Source of the DNA: Hydrurus foetidus
Taxonomy: Eukaryota
Direction of reading: 5' to 3'
Length of the DNA stretch: 54,111 nt
Assembly: GCA_900617105.1 (NCBI GenBank)
Contig: UYFQ01000289.1
Span: 1 to 54,111, forward strand
The position numbers were made by a program, and so were the translations under genes. The notes under the pieces are model-generated. The model saw only the letters and a program-made list of their open reading frames with translations, searched no databases and was not told the DNA's origin. Of this stretch, positions 1 through 13,100 are shown piece after piece. How positions within the stretch are numbered: the first letter of the stretch is position 1; every line of letters starts with the position of its first letter.

Positions 1-3000
1 TCGCCACCATTCATGCTCAAGACTATTGTCATCGATCAAATGAATGATACTACACTGCTCTCAGTGTCTCAAGCGTGTGCAAAGGGATTTGTGGGCATCT
101 TCACCTCTAAGGACTGCAAGTTCTTCAATGCGATAGATGTCATCCCACACCTTCAGACAATTTCAAAGACAGCTCACCTAGTTATGAGTGGCAAGGTAGA
201 GGAAGGCCTCTACTTGCTGGACTCCAACTGAGTGCAACCGGCTCAACTCTTGGTCACGAGTGTAAAGGAGCTTTCGATTTATGACCACGTGCATCGCGTA
301 CTAGGACACCCTGGCGAAGAGGGTATGGCCTGGCACCGACAGCACACCATTGGAGCACACTACTCCAACTTGGATGCATCTACACCAAGACCAATATGCG
401 CAGCATGCGTACAGGGCACGATGCGACAGACCTCTACGGACCATCTTCGTATACACCGTTTGCCATCTCCTTGCTACGGCAGTCAATTCTCACTTGACGC
501 GTATACACATACACACCGGTCACAGGCCGGTTATAAGTACTGCGATATCATCACGGACTTATCTACAAGACGAAGTTATCCATGCTTCACGAAAGACCGG
601 GGAGCTGCAGAACTTGTCAAAAGCTTCTCCACCCTCTTCCAATCACATCCTGAGTGGAAGCCCTCGCTTCCAGGCGTAGACCGATTCATCAGAGCCGATG
701 CAGAGAAATCTTATCGGTCAGCTGAATTCCTTCAATGCCTTCACAACTTCGGATATCGACTTGAGCCAACACCACCTCGCGACAAACATGCAAATGGAAT
801 CGCAGAACGTGCAGTAGGCGTCTTATCGATGAAGTGCAACATCACCATGCAACCTTTAGGGATGTCAGTACCACAGAAGTTTTGGGATCTTGCCTTTGAG
901 TATACATGCATCACCCATGCATTCAATTACCATTCAGCAATCAAGACATCACCGTATCATCTCATCACTGGAAAGCATGTAATCCTCAAGAACCTCAAGG
1001 CCTTTTGGAGCTTATGTTGGGTTCACATCGCGCTTGAAGATAGGAAAGGAAAAATCGGTTTTCCTCGTGCATACAAAGCCAGATTCGTTGGTTACGATTT
1101 ATCGAGAACGCTCGAGCCTTGTTTTAAGGTCATCGAAATACTACCAACCGGAATCTTCGGCAAAATTAGGACAAGTAAGGACGTCATTTTCGACAAAGAC
1201 AATAATTATAATTACACGGACGAGTACCCATCCGATCTTGACTTTTCTAATTTACACCAGAATATCAATAACGATATCTCTGCAGTCCTACCAGCTAACA
1301 AGGTAGTTGAAAAAGATTCTGAACAACAACTAGCAACTCCAGCTATTCCAATACACCCTGTACCTGTAATACCTTGCACTATTCAGAATCGAACCCCTGA
1401 AAATCCTATTCCAGCGAAAATACATCCAAATGTGATTAACAATAACAAAATTGTTAATAAATCTGGATCGACTAATATCAAATCAACAAAACAGAATATA
1501 CCGTTTGATCCAACACCAATTAGAGATACAAATAACAAATCCGACATCGATGATAATGACATTGGTATTAATACACCGATTCAAAACATTGAAAATGACG
1601 ATGCTGTCTACTGGTACTCTACTCATGTTAGAAATCACGAACATTTTCTCTCATTGATTGAAGCAAGTCATCACGAAAAACTCTTCATCAATTTCGATCA
1701 ACTCAATGTGCCAAAATCATTCTGGAAAGCTATGGCTATACCTGAATGGAAAAACGCAATAGATACTGAATTAAAGAAATTCGAGAAGAACTCATGTTTA
1801 CATGTAGTACCATACATTGACCAACACCTGGTACCAATGATGTGGCTTTTTAGTATAAAAACCGACGGTACGAAAAAGGCCCGTTTAGTGGGACGGGGAG
1901 ATATGATGATACCACTCGTGGACTTCGACCCCGACGCCGTATACTGCGGAAATGTATCATCGTGTTCCATCAAGATGGCACTAAGCATTGCAGCAGCATA
2001 TGGACTAGTAATGAAAGGAGGTGACCTCATTGGTGCTTACCTCATTACAAGAGCAAATGTTAACTTCCCGGTGCACATAAAGACACCGCAGGGATACACT
2101 TGCCCACCCGGTTTCTGCTTTCAGGCTGTCGGCAATCTTTATGGATTCCCACCTGCAGGGCAAAACTTTTCCATAGAGTTCGATATTTGTATCTTCGAGT
2201 GTGGTTACAAGAACACACCCTGGGACCTCAAGTTCTTCTTTAAATGGACCACAGATGGTAGACCCATGCTTATCATCGCTCACAGTGATGACTTCAGATG
2301 GTTTGGTCCTTCGGACAAACTTGATGAATGGGATCTGATCATCGCCACCTTCAATGCACACAAGTATGAAGTCACTGATGCAACTGACAAGGAGTTCGTT
2401 GGTATTCGTATTCAGCGTGATGAAGATGGCACATATTATATGGATCAACATCGCATGATTGATTCAATAATAAAAGAGGCTAATATATCTGGTGCGAAGG
2501 ACATGCACTTACCATACCCGACTGGGGACCAAGAACCTGCATTGTCAAAACTAGACAACGCTTCTACCCCTGAGGAACGTATGCAGTGTATGAAATACCC
2601 GTACAGGAGGGTCGTGGGTCAACTAATGTACGGTATGGTACATACCATGGTCGGCATTCTGTATGCACTCAATGTACTATCCCGCTATGGTAACAACCCA
2701 GGTCCCAGACATATTAAATTCCTCAAACACTTACTGCAGTACTGCAAGTACGCACGAAGTGATCGACTAGTGTTCCATGGACACGATGGACCCAGAGACA
2801 TCGAGACTATGACAACGCTACTTCAACTCCGGTTTCAATGCGATGCAGATTTGGGTGGTAATCCCGACAATAGCCACTCCCAGACTGCATACCTTGGATA
2901 CCTCGGCCGTAACCTTATCTGCTGGTGTTCCACCGACCAAGGCAGCATATCAACATCAACGGCAGAGTCGGAAATCAAGGCTGTCAACCACACACTCAAA

Positions 3001-3306
3001 GCAGAGGTCATAGCCAACAGAGGCATCCTAAACATGATGGGATGGGTCCAAGGTCCAACCTCTATTGAAGAAGACAACCAAGCCTGTATATACCATTCTA
3101 AGGCAGCACACATGACACGCAACCTAAGGCACCTCGACCTCACCGAAAACTGGGTCAAAGAGAAGGTTGCTGATGGTACTTGCGTAGTTGTTAAAGTTAA
3201 ATCGTGCGATAATAATTCAGATATTGGTACAAAAAGAGTTTCTCTACCAATATTTAATAAACTTCTAAATCAAATTATAGATCAGTCTCAGAGACGAAAT
3301 CTTTAA
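1..3306 (+). CDS. pol: Copia Pol polyprotein (protease C-terminus, GAG-pre-integrase HHCC, integrase, RT, RNase H); one in-frame TGA at 229-231
   Basis: LLSVSQ..GLYLL; HRVLGH..CAAC; integrase D-D-E (SLDAY, RADAE, NGIAER); RT KARLVGRG, LYG, HSDD; RNase H CDADLG, STAESE, EEDNQA, NNSDIGTK. ORFs 13..231 and 232..3306 share a frame. Confidence 0.92.
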
Positions 3307-3430
3307 ATAGCACTATATTAATTATGTTTTAATATTGTATTTGTCTTGATCACACATATACTATGTTAATTCTAATATTATAAAGGTAGCTCATAAGTAA
3401 ACATGCATTATTTTACACTACATCTTCACT

Positions 3431-3438
3431 ACGGGGAG
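3431..3438 (+). promoter_or_regulatory. Polypurine tract of Copia element; 3' LTR begins TG at 3439
   Basis: ACGGGGAG|TGTCAGACC about 125 nt after pol stop. Confidence 0.7.
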
Positions 3439-3506
3439 TGTCAGACCACTTGATTCTATCAAGATATGTCTGTAGTAATATAGTTGCAAATATAGTTTCA
3501 AATATA

Positions 3507-4015
3507 TACATGTACGTTATGCGACACGTACGTACGTAAGTACACATGCAGATATGATAACATGCACACGTACACACGTACTTACACATGTTAGTGCATA
3601 CTCATTTATGCATACGTACACACATGTACTTACACATGTACGTACATAGTCAATATGTACGTACGTACGTACGCATGCACGTAGCATAGCGTACACCTGT
3701 ATGGTCACGCACACACGTACATACGTACGTGCACATGTTAGTACAAATTATTATATGCATATGTACACACACGTACTTACACATGTATGTACACATATAA
3801 TACGTACGTATGTACGGCCGCCAATAGCGTAGTACATAGATGTATAGGCGTACATACGTAAGTACCACTGTACTTACGCATGTACGTTCTTATACATACA
3901 CATGCATACGTACTCCTATAATATCGCCATATAGCAGTTAGTACTCACGCATGTACGTTCGTATACATATACACGCATACGTACCCCTGTACTATCGCCA
4001 TGTATCAGTTAGTAC
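3507..4015. repeat. Low-complexity alternating purine-pyrimidine satellite (TACG/TACA/CATG units) ending in two ~71-bp tandem copies (3871-3941, 3942-4015)
   Basis: Directly visible repeats. Confidence 0.85.
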
Positions 4016-4266
4016 GAACCCTCTGACCTCACGCAAATGAACGTTCGCCTTTCATGATTCTTCAGTATCGCCAAAACACTTCGTTACTATAAGCATTCAT
4101 GCAACGTTCCTCAAGCACATGCTATGAACAACACATCTCGCTGTGAACTTTGTCTCAAGGTAGTTTCACTGTCATGAACTGTTCTGATAGCTCTTTTGCG
4201 TGGCTATCTGTAAACTCTAATCAGAATTTAATACGTTGTACTTCACAGCTTCGTCTACTCGATAGC

Positions 4267-7200
4267 TCACTGAATTGAGACAGTAGCCTGCAGCTGCTTC
4301 TCCACCTTCGCTGCGAACGCTAGAAGGTGACATCTTGTATTTAGTCTTACAAATTGTTTTTCTATTGGTTGAATATCATTACTTTCATTAATTTCATTTG
4401 ATACGTTCATATTGTCATCATCTTCAGATTCATTTAACTTTAATCTTTTTGAATCATGTTCTTTTACTAAACTTTCAAATGTATTTTTATATCTAATTTG
4501 TCTTTCTTCCAAGTTTTCATTTGCATTATCATCATCATCATCACTAATATCTTTTTCAAATTCTGTTATTGCATCTTTATATACTACATGTTCTTCACCT
4601 TCATTTATATTACTATCTATTTCTGGTTCTGGTTCAGGTTGATTTACATCATAACCTTTTAAGTTTCTGTATTTTCCAAGCTTATCATAATCTACAATTC
4701 TTACACCTCCAACATACTCAATGTACTTCGGTGTTTCAATATTAAATGGAGGTGATTTGATAGATTCCATTGATATTGGACTATCAGGAATATCAACTTT
4801 ATCATATGACATATCACTTGATTCATTATCACTTTCACTTTGATCTGATGTATGTACATACATTGGAGACAATTCTTCAGTTGTTCGTGTGACTACATCG
4901 ACATCAAAAATCGGTGATTGAGCTCTGTCATATAAGACTGTTATCATCGGTTTCTTGACCAAGTCTTTTGATGATTGAAGTGAGTGTATAATCCATCTAA
5001 TTCATTCGTTATTTTTGATGACAATGTTCTTTTTACCAAGTCATTTATTGGTCTTACTAGTCTTGCTATTACTAGGAAGGCATCTCTAATTCCAAACATA
5101 ACAAATGATGGATCATTTTCCTTTAATATATCCATTTGTAATGTTTTTCTTAATAGGTCTTCTTTATCTAGCGTTGATTTCTCATGGTAGTACCCAACAT
5201 GTTGTCCAGCAAATGCGACAAAGTCGAATATGATTGCGTGCAAAACAGTATCAATGAATAATGTATTATTAATTACTTCATTGAATTGTGTGTATTGATC
5301 AAGACGTTTAATTACTTCGGCATATTCACTAACACAAGTCATTTGAGACCAATAGTGTCCTGGTCTCGTTGAGGGAATATATTTTTCCGTCACCCCGTCA
5401 ATACAGTATGGATTGAATTTCATAAAGTGTTGAGGTCCGGCCTTTTCATCAGCAGGAGGGAGAACTATACATGCTTGTAAGAGTGTAGCTCCTATCTGAT
5501 ACATCAGGTGCATCCATTTAACTGTCGGAGTGCGTATATCCTTTCTACGTGTAGTAGATGGATTTTTATGCCACCCAAAGAGATCAGTGTACTGATTTGC
5601 TCTTTCTTGATTGTCCTTTATTGTTCTTTTGTTTTTGAATAAAAAGATATAAGGAACTATTGTTGTTGCAGGATCATTTCTATTATATTCCATTACATAT
5701 AAATGAAATAAATAGTATTGTTCGGCTAATAGTATTGCGGCATTGATTGCCCTTTGGGGAATAGAGCATGCAGAATAATCATTTTGTACATTCTGGAGTA
5801 GAGCTCTTTGATGACTTTTCATTTCATTTTGATTCATTTTTCCATTGTAAATTTTATTCTTATATTCTTGATTTTGCCTATCATTTTTTATTATTCTCTG
5901 ATCATTTGGTGTTATTCGCACTCGCATTAAGGTATTGTGTTTTTCTTCATTTGACTGATAAGGTGGTGCAGAAGGGTTACCCCAACTTGAGAATGCACGC
6001 ACCTGATGTTCAGTTTCAGTATCTTGAGATCTCATCCAATTTAATCTTTTAATTTGCGCTTTCGAATATCCACCCCGTACATTCGGATCACCAACCTTTG
6101 GTCCTACTGAGTCAATTTGTGCTTGACTTAAATCAAATTGTACTGACTTTTTATAAGGAATTGTATTTGATTGGGGTTGTTGGATTTTATTTTCATTGTC
6201 TGGATTCATTTCATGCTTGTATTTGCATGTTGGTCTATTACAAGTTCCTTTTTGAAATCCAAAACAATAACCACCATTCTTAACCGGTCTTTTGCTTTCC
6301 CCAATATTGTCAGGTAAAGATCTAGCATCTTGAATTTTATTCTTGTTATTAATATCATAATTATAAGCTGGATTATATTGTGTTTGTTTTCCCGGATTTT
6401 GCGGCGGATTTGACAAAGATTGATATTGATTTAATTTCGCTTGAGACTGATTTTGAATTGTATTTTGATACAGAGAATATTCAGAGCTACTTGATGTTTC
6501 AGGAAAAGATGTTACACTCGCCATGCGAATGACCGCTGTTTCAGGCGGCATTGCATCTGCGACTCTCAACATAATTCCCATCGACTCATTATAACTTGTG
6601 TTATTCACGACACAAGCAGCAAATGATGAAGCGATCTTAGGTCTTGGGTCAGCATCTAACCGATCTGATACCCAAGCCATTTTCTCGACGTCAGTCATCA
6701 TTCTACTCTGTGCGTGTTCTAGATTAGAGAATAATTGTTCCCATTTAGAGTATTCTAATCTAAAATGAACACTTGGATTTATTTGGTACGTGTCCAACGC
6801 TTTTCTTGCGAATTTCACGTCCTGTTGCTTTTGACCGAAGATGTAGCTGATCATTTCTCGATAAGATGCAATTCCGTTTCGTAACTTTTGATGTATTATA
6901 GATATATTATGATGCAAAGTTTTTGAAAACATAATGTAAACTAGAGAAAATAGTCTATCATTATCATGAATATAGTGGAATGCATCATCTTCTTCGAGAA
7001 CTACTCTTTCGATAATTGGCTCCGATGATAGTGAGTCAATTGATGTCTCATCTTCATATTCAACTCTAGGAACTAATATAATTTTTCTAACTGAGAACCC
7101 ATGAATATTTTCGTCTGTCATTATCGGCTCGGTCCTATGACCTTCAATGAGGGTAAGTAACCCCGTTGTTGATAATACCGAATGTATCATACGCAGACGG

Positions 7201-7907
7201 TGAAATTTGTCTGGCGTATTTATGTCTATGATATATTTCGATATTTCTGATATTAGCACCGTTGAATTTCGTTGGTAATGTATTCGTTTGACCATCTTTT
7301 CACATGGTTTCTTCTTCGAATATTTATTTGTTTGTTCATCGTCACTACTGCTGCTATCCTTATCCCAAAATTCTGACTGCTTCGGCGTTGATCCGATTTT
7401 GGTATTGTTGTTCTTATTCGAGTCCTTTCGATCCTTCATTGTCGTTATTGAGGAATCGCTCGAAAAAATTTTGCGAGGGTTTCCCCCGTAATTCAATCTA
7501 CTAGAAATTTTGCTACTACTAACGGACGATTCATTATCGGACGGCATAGGACTAGATGGACTTGACGGACGGAGGTTTATAAGAATCGCTCTAGTCTCAG
7601 TGTTCCTAGACGAGGGTTGATCGCCTAACGGCAGATCCACCCTTGGCGCGATGTCGATTAACCCTAACGGGTTATCTATAATCGGGCGCTCATCTCTTAA
7701 CAACTGGATTTGGGCGATTCTTCTATCTAAAGCTGCCCGGAATTGAGGGCTTTCCTCATCGATTACAACACCGATGGGAGGCTCCTCAATTCCTAATGCA
7801 GGAGTCAGAGGGAGAGTAGGTATTAGTTGTTCAATAGTGGGCGGCGGTGGCTCCTCATCATCTTCTGATGTAAATGGCCCCGGGCCTTTCTTTCCTTTCG
7901 CCATCAA
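4267..7907 (-). CDS. Copia-type Gag-like protein with CCCH zinc finger and long unknown/acidic C-terminal extension (ORFs 4944..7907 and 4267..4962 probably one frameshifted ORF)
   Basis: LSTTGLLTLIEG..P and helical segment resembling Copia Gag; C-x7-C-x4-C-x3-H finger (CFGFQKGTCNRPTCKYKH); no protease DSG/DTG, RT or integrase follows; the two ORFs overlap by 19 nt. Confidence 0.6.
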
Positions 7908-8500
7908 AAACTTGGGCGGAGGCTCTTTGAATCTATCTTTGAAGTCTTTAAGTCTTCAATCGCTACCATGTGAGTTGCCATGGGATGGCACGAGGTCGGG
8001 AGGACATATTGCAAATGGCCAAACGAAGGTTGAGAGGTTTGGTTAGTAAATTCTTTTTTAGGAATTAGAAACTGGCACGGAGGCCACAAAGCATAAAATC
8101 ATTTCTACCTGTTGCACATCATTTCTACCTGCCGCACAATAATAAGATCTCAATCGTCATGCGCATGCAATTTGACTGGCTCTCGTAGATTTGCATCTAC
8201 GTTGTTGTATAGGCGAGATAGTAGCTACTCAACTGTAAATATGACGTTTGTACTAAAAGCTAGACTTTTGGTACCAAGTACCGGATAAACACTATACAGC
8301 TGTGGTTATTATGGTGTAACAATGGCAATATACGTGATACGAATTGGCATTGAGGAAGCGACTTGGTGCACATTGCACACCAATAACAATCTACAAAATG
8401 TGTTTACTTATGATATCCTATCATGCTAATTGTTGATTATACAAATGGTAATATACAGCTATAACTAGCACTTATCGCTGTTATATACCGACACAGATAT

Positions 8501-8800
8501 TACTTTTCAGTTTTCAGTTTTCAGTTTTCAGTTTTACTTTTACTTTTACTTTTACTTTTACTTTTACTTTTACTTTTACTTTTACTTTTACTTTTACTTT
8601 TACTTTTACTTTTACTTTTACTTTTACTTTTACTTTTACTTTTACTTTTACTTTTACTTTTACTTTTACTTTTACTTTTACTTTTACTTTTACTTTTACT
8701 TTTACTTTTACTTTTTGCCTTTTACTTTTACTTTTACTTTTACTTTTACTTTTACTTTTACTTCTTACTTCTTACTTTTTACTTCTTACTTTTTACTTTG
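8501..8800. repeat. Hexanucleotide microsatellite (TTTCAG)n then (TTTTAC)n
   Basis: Directly visible, roughly 45-50 units. Confidence 0.97.
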
Positions 8801-9576
8801 TACTTCCTACTTATTACTTATTACTTTTCATTTTTCATTTTCACTTCTGTGGGGAATTTTAGTCTAAAACCCCCCATTTTTCTATCTAGAATCCCAGGAT
8901 CCAAGGTCCCCCCCCTAAAAAATGGGAGGTTTCCGCGTAAAATTCCCTCAAAAAGTTACATCTGCGTGGGGGTGCGTACAAATTTCATAAAGCTGGGGGT
9001 GCGTGCTCCAGATTAAAAGTCAAAGCAAAAATGCGTATTATACAATATACAATATACTGCCCTGCTCATACCCCCATAAGTTACCGAACCAAACACAAAT
9101 TATCAGCAAGCTTTTCACGACAAAAACCACATAATTGCGTTAAAAATTAGATCGCATCAGATTGAAACTATCTCGTTGAAGTATCACTTTGAGGTGATAC
9201 GTAGCTTATTACATCATTATCTTGTACAGTTTCCATAATCTTCAACAATTCCTACGGTCCATAAATTGCAAAAATATGTAGAATCAACCAGTTGGCTTGA
9301 GAGATATCAACACCTTCAGCAGAAAACAAGTCCTTGACTATATGAGTGGGACATTCGTCAATTCAACTAGCTCAAGCTTTTTGCTATTTCCATTTTTCGA
9401 TTCTGCTATTGTTTTGCGAATCACTATTGCTTTAAGGTAATTCAGAGAATAGAAATATCTTTGCAGCATAGCGAAGATCGCAACGAAGCAACTCCCCACA
9501 TGACCGACGTAAGTATGGTAGGTGGAGAATATTCCGCACCGTCGTAGCTGCATCATGCGAATGTATCTGGCGATGG

Positions 9577-9785
9577 TGTAGTCCGGATAGGAAGTAGGTC
9601 GATGGAAGGAAGGTGTTAGTTAGTTACAAGGCTATGAGCTAGAAGCTAGGATAAACTTCCACGAGTAGGCTAGAGCTAGCTAGCAGCTGCGCTAGAGATG
9701 TATGTGTACAGTAGGCGGTAGGATCGGATGGATCGGGACAAGGTCCGGTACGGCCCGTAGGCCCGGTATAGCCGGTCCGACCACA
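9577..9785 (-). repeat. 3' LTR of G1 (209 bp)
   Basis: Direct repeat of 16134-16340 with 5 differences; preceded on minus strand by purine-rich GAAAAAAAGATAAGTGGGGGTGA. Confidence 0.97.
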
Positions 9786-10133
9786 TCACCCCCACTTATC
9801 TTTTTTTCTGAAGAAAATGAACCTATGACGCGACCACCACGTTTTGTACAAAAATCTAATAAGGCTAAAACTAACTAAAGGAATAATAAAGAAAAAAGAT
9901 TACAAATATGTAAATCTAATAATACATTGAAATGTATAAAAATAAAAATCTATACAAATAGACTTGGTGGTGGGTCGGTCGAGGCGATAAGGTGGGTGCC
10001 TAGTACCATGTACTTGCGCACGAGACCTCGATACGTAATTATGTCAGATTTTTACTGACTAAAACCATAAAAACCTCATAGAGGGAAAAATTAGGAAAAA
10101 TCTTCAAAAGATAATACGTTCGAGATCAGCAAC

Positions 10134-13100
10134 TTAGGCTGATGTCTCAATGTTTCTGGGAATGAAATGTTTCATTTTGTTATCCCGTAAATAATCATGG
10201 AGTGCTTCACAGAGCCGTAGTGATTTCCACGGCTCCCATGTATTATGAGAGTCATCGTAGTTGAGCCATTTAACATGGAACGACATTGTAGTCGGTTTCT
10301 TGGTGTCACCAGCGTGACCCAGAACTTTCTCAACCACGAACTCCATGTAATCGCGACGAGCAGTGTCAGCAGGTATATCTACCTCTGGGTCATAATTGAA
10401 TATTTTCAAATTTTTGACGTGAACACTTCGTGTCTTGTGGTTTACAAGATTAGCGAGAACGTACTCGGACCCCTTAAAGGAGACAATACAGTAAGGGCCA
10501 TGCCACTTAGTATGTAATCGAGTTGGAGGTCGATCAGTGTATCGGCATAAGACATATGACCCCACGGGGAACACAGTCGCTGATTCAGCTGACGCGGCGT
10601 TTTTAGCATCCGCTTTTAACAAAGTTTGAACCGCAGTTTCAAGTACTTTGTCTTGTACACTTATCAAATCTGATATGTACGTTGATCTTGAATGTGTTCC
10701 AACACTTAAGTGTGGAGTGAGAATACCACGATTCAAATCAAGTTTGTTCCCGAACAATAAATGAGCGGGGCAGACACCTGTGCGTCTATTAACTGAACTG
10801 TTAATGATACGTTGCACGAATGGGATTGACTTAGCATATCCCTCAAGGGTTTGTTTATCAAAAACTAAACCTCTTAAGTGTCTATTCACCTCTTTGTTGA
10901 CTCTTTCAACAATTGCATTCTCTTGTTTCGAGTAAGCAAGGGTGAGATTATGTGGTGTTCCACAAAGATCTAAGAATTCTTTGATCAATTCATTTGCGAA
11001 ATGTGATCCTCGATCAGATCTAATCATATTTGGTGATCCAAATCGACCAAAATGCGCAAGCAAACAGTCAGCTGCTGATTTAGCATCTGCGTCTGCACAC
11101 CAGAACAATTCTGTCCATCGTGTGAATGTATCGATGATGACTAGGATATAACCTTTGTCAGGAAATGGACCAATATAGTCAACATTTAGCGTATCGAAGA
11201 TAGCATAATTTGAAGTTGCAAAATGAGACGCATTGATCTTAGGATCTTTTGCACTCAACTTTTGACAACACGGACAGTTCTGTATGAACGTACGTACATG
11301 TTGTTTCATGTGTTTCCATACTTGTTGTAAACTAAACAACCGAGTAAGGGTACGGTCTACGCCGTTGTGACCGACAATTGCATTGTGGCACATTTGAATG
11401 TATTCTAACTGATCGTCTGAAGCTGGTTCTATGACCGTCAGAGCTGATACAGTGAAAGAAGATGATGAAGTAGGAAGTAATTCCAATTCTTCTGTTCGTA
11501 ATGGCAGAGCAATTTCTGTCAGATTAGGACAAAGCCTTGACAGTGCGTCTGCCAAAACATTCGAAGTACCGGGTACGAATACCACGGTAAAATCTAGTTC
11601 TTGCATAGCAATGAACCATCTCGCCACCATTGAGGTAGGATTTTGTTTCATATATGTTATGTTCAAATGATCCGTATGGATAGTGAACGTACGATCTCTG
11701 ATTAGATAATCGAGTTGTGTACAACAAAAGAAGATGGCATAAGCCTCTTTTTGTATCGTAGACCACCTTATTTGTGTGGGTGTCAACGATTTGCTAATGA
11801 AAGCAATTGGTTGCCAAATGGCACCAACAACTTGGAATAAGACTCCACCGATACCAAAGTCGGATGCGTCTGTATACAAGCGGATGTCTAACTTATTGTC
11901 ATCAATGAAGTACATTAATGGACAACGAGATATAGCAATCTTTGTGTCAACAAATGAGTTGGTGCTCTTTTGAGTCCAAACTACAGCAGAACGTCTCGGA
12001 GCAGAGTGATCAATCATATCCTGCATTGGCTTAACCAAAGTGGAATGCATTGGTACAAACTGTCGAAAATAGTTCGCTAAACCCAAAAATGACCTGAGTA
12101 AGGTTAAATTTTTAGGTATAGAAAAGTTTAAAACTGTTTCTATCTTCTCTTTTGACATGGATAAACCATCTTTGTCAACGACTCTGCCAACGTATTCAAT
12201 ACGTGGAAGGCCGAAACGGCATTTTTAGCTTTGAGTCTTAGACCCTTAAGTCTAAATCTTGCAAAAACTTTTTTCAAGTTAGTAAGAAACTCTGCTTCAC
12301 CCTTGCCATATACTATACAATCGTCGAGATACATCTCGCAACAATGATAGATAAGGCCATAGAGGACCGCCGTTACCATCTGCTCTTGAAAGTAAGAGGG
12401 GGCTCGACACGGACCAAAGGGCAGTCTCGTAAACTGAAATACCCCCGCAAAGCATATGAATGCCGTAAAAATGCGGTGTGCGGGGTGTAACGGTGCTTGA
12501 TGGTAACCAGCGGTTAAATCCATCACACCAAAAATATCCGGTTTTTTATTACCGATCCTCTCAAAGAGGTGTTTGATATTTGGTAACGGGAATGAGGCCG
12601 GCTTAAGACACCTATTAAGTGGCCGGTAATCGATGCAGGTTCGAAATTTACCGGGTGACTTAGTTACTATTACAGGATGACTGTAATAAGCGGCATCTGA
12701 TCGCTCTATAACCCCTGATGCAAGCATCTCGTCAAGGTTTTCTTTGAGAGCAACCTCTTTTGTTGATGACTGGGGACGTACCGGCGTACGGTTTTCGTCT
12801 TTTTCCCACAACTCAAGTGGGATGTTAATCTCAAAGGGTTTAAGTGACGCTGGTTTCTCAGCTAATTGATCACTGAAGATGTCTGAATATTCAGAACAGA
12901 GCTCTCGGAGCTTCCTTTGAAAGCTTTCATCTCCTTCAAAGGTAATCTCTTTGAGGAAATCCTCTGGCCCTTTGGGCAAGTCATCTTGACTAGGTTTCTC
13001 CGCCAAGAAGGGGCAAACGTATCTATCTTGCCATCGTCAATCTCGTCAACTGAGAGTGCGACACCACTGGGCCATAAAGGCTCAGTGACATAGTCTAAGG

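Larger units (their letters stand above)
1..3510 (+). mobile_element. Ty1/Copia LTR retrotransposon, 3' part (5' end outside window; 3' LTR end not determined)
   Basis: Pol domain order PR(end)-integrase-RT-RNase H; purine tract ACGGGGAG (3431-3438) followed by TGTCAG at 3439, the typical Copia PPT/LTR junction. Confidence 0.9.

Noticed and set aside
8501..8800. (TTTTAC)n as telomeric repeat or CRISPR-like array
   Set aside because: Internal position, no G-rich telomere motif, no spacers; ordinary microsatellite
8846..9030. Transposon-terminus-like sequence with two TGGGGGTGCGT motifs
   Set aside because: No partner end or TSD identifiable in the window
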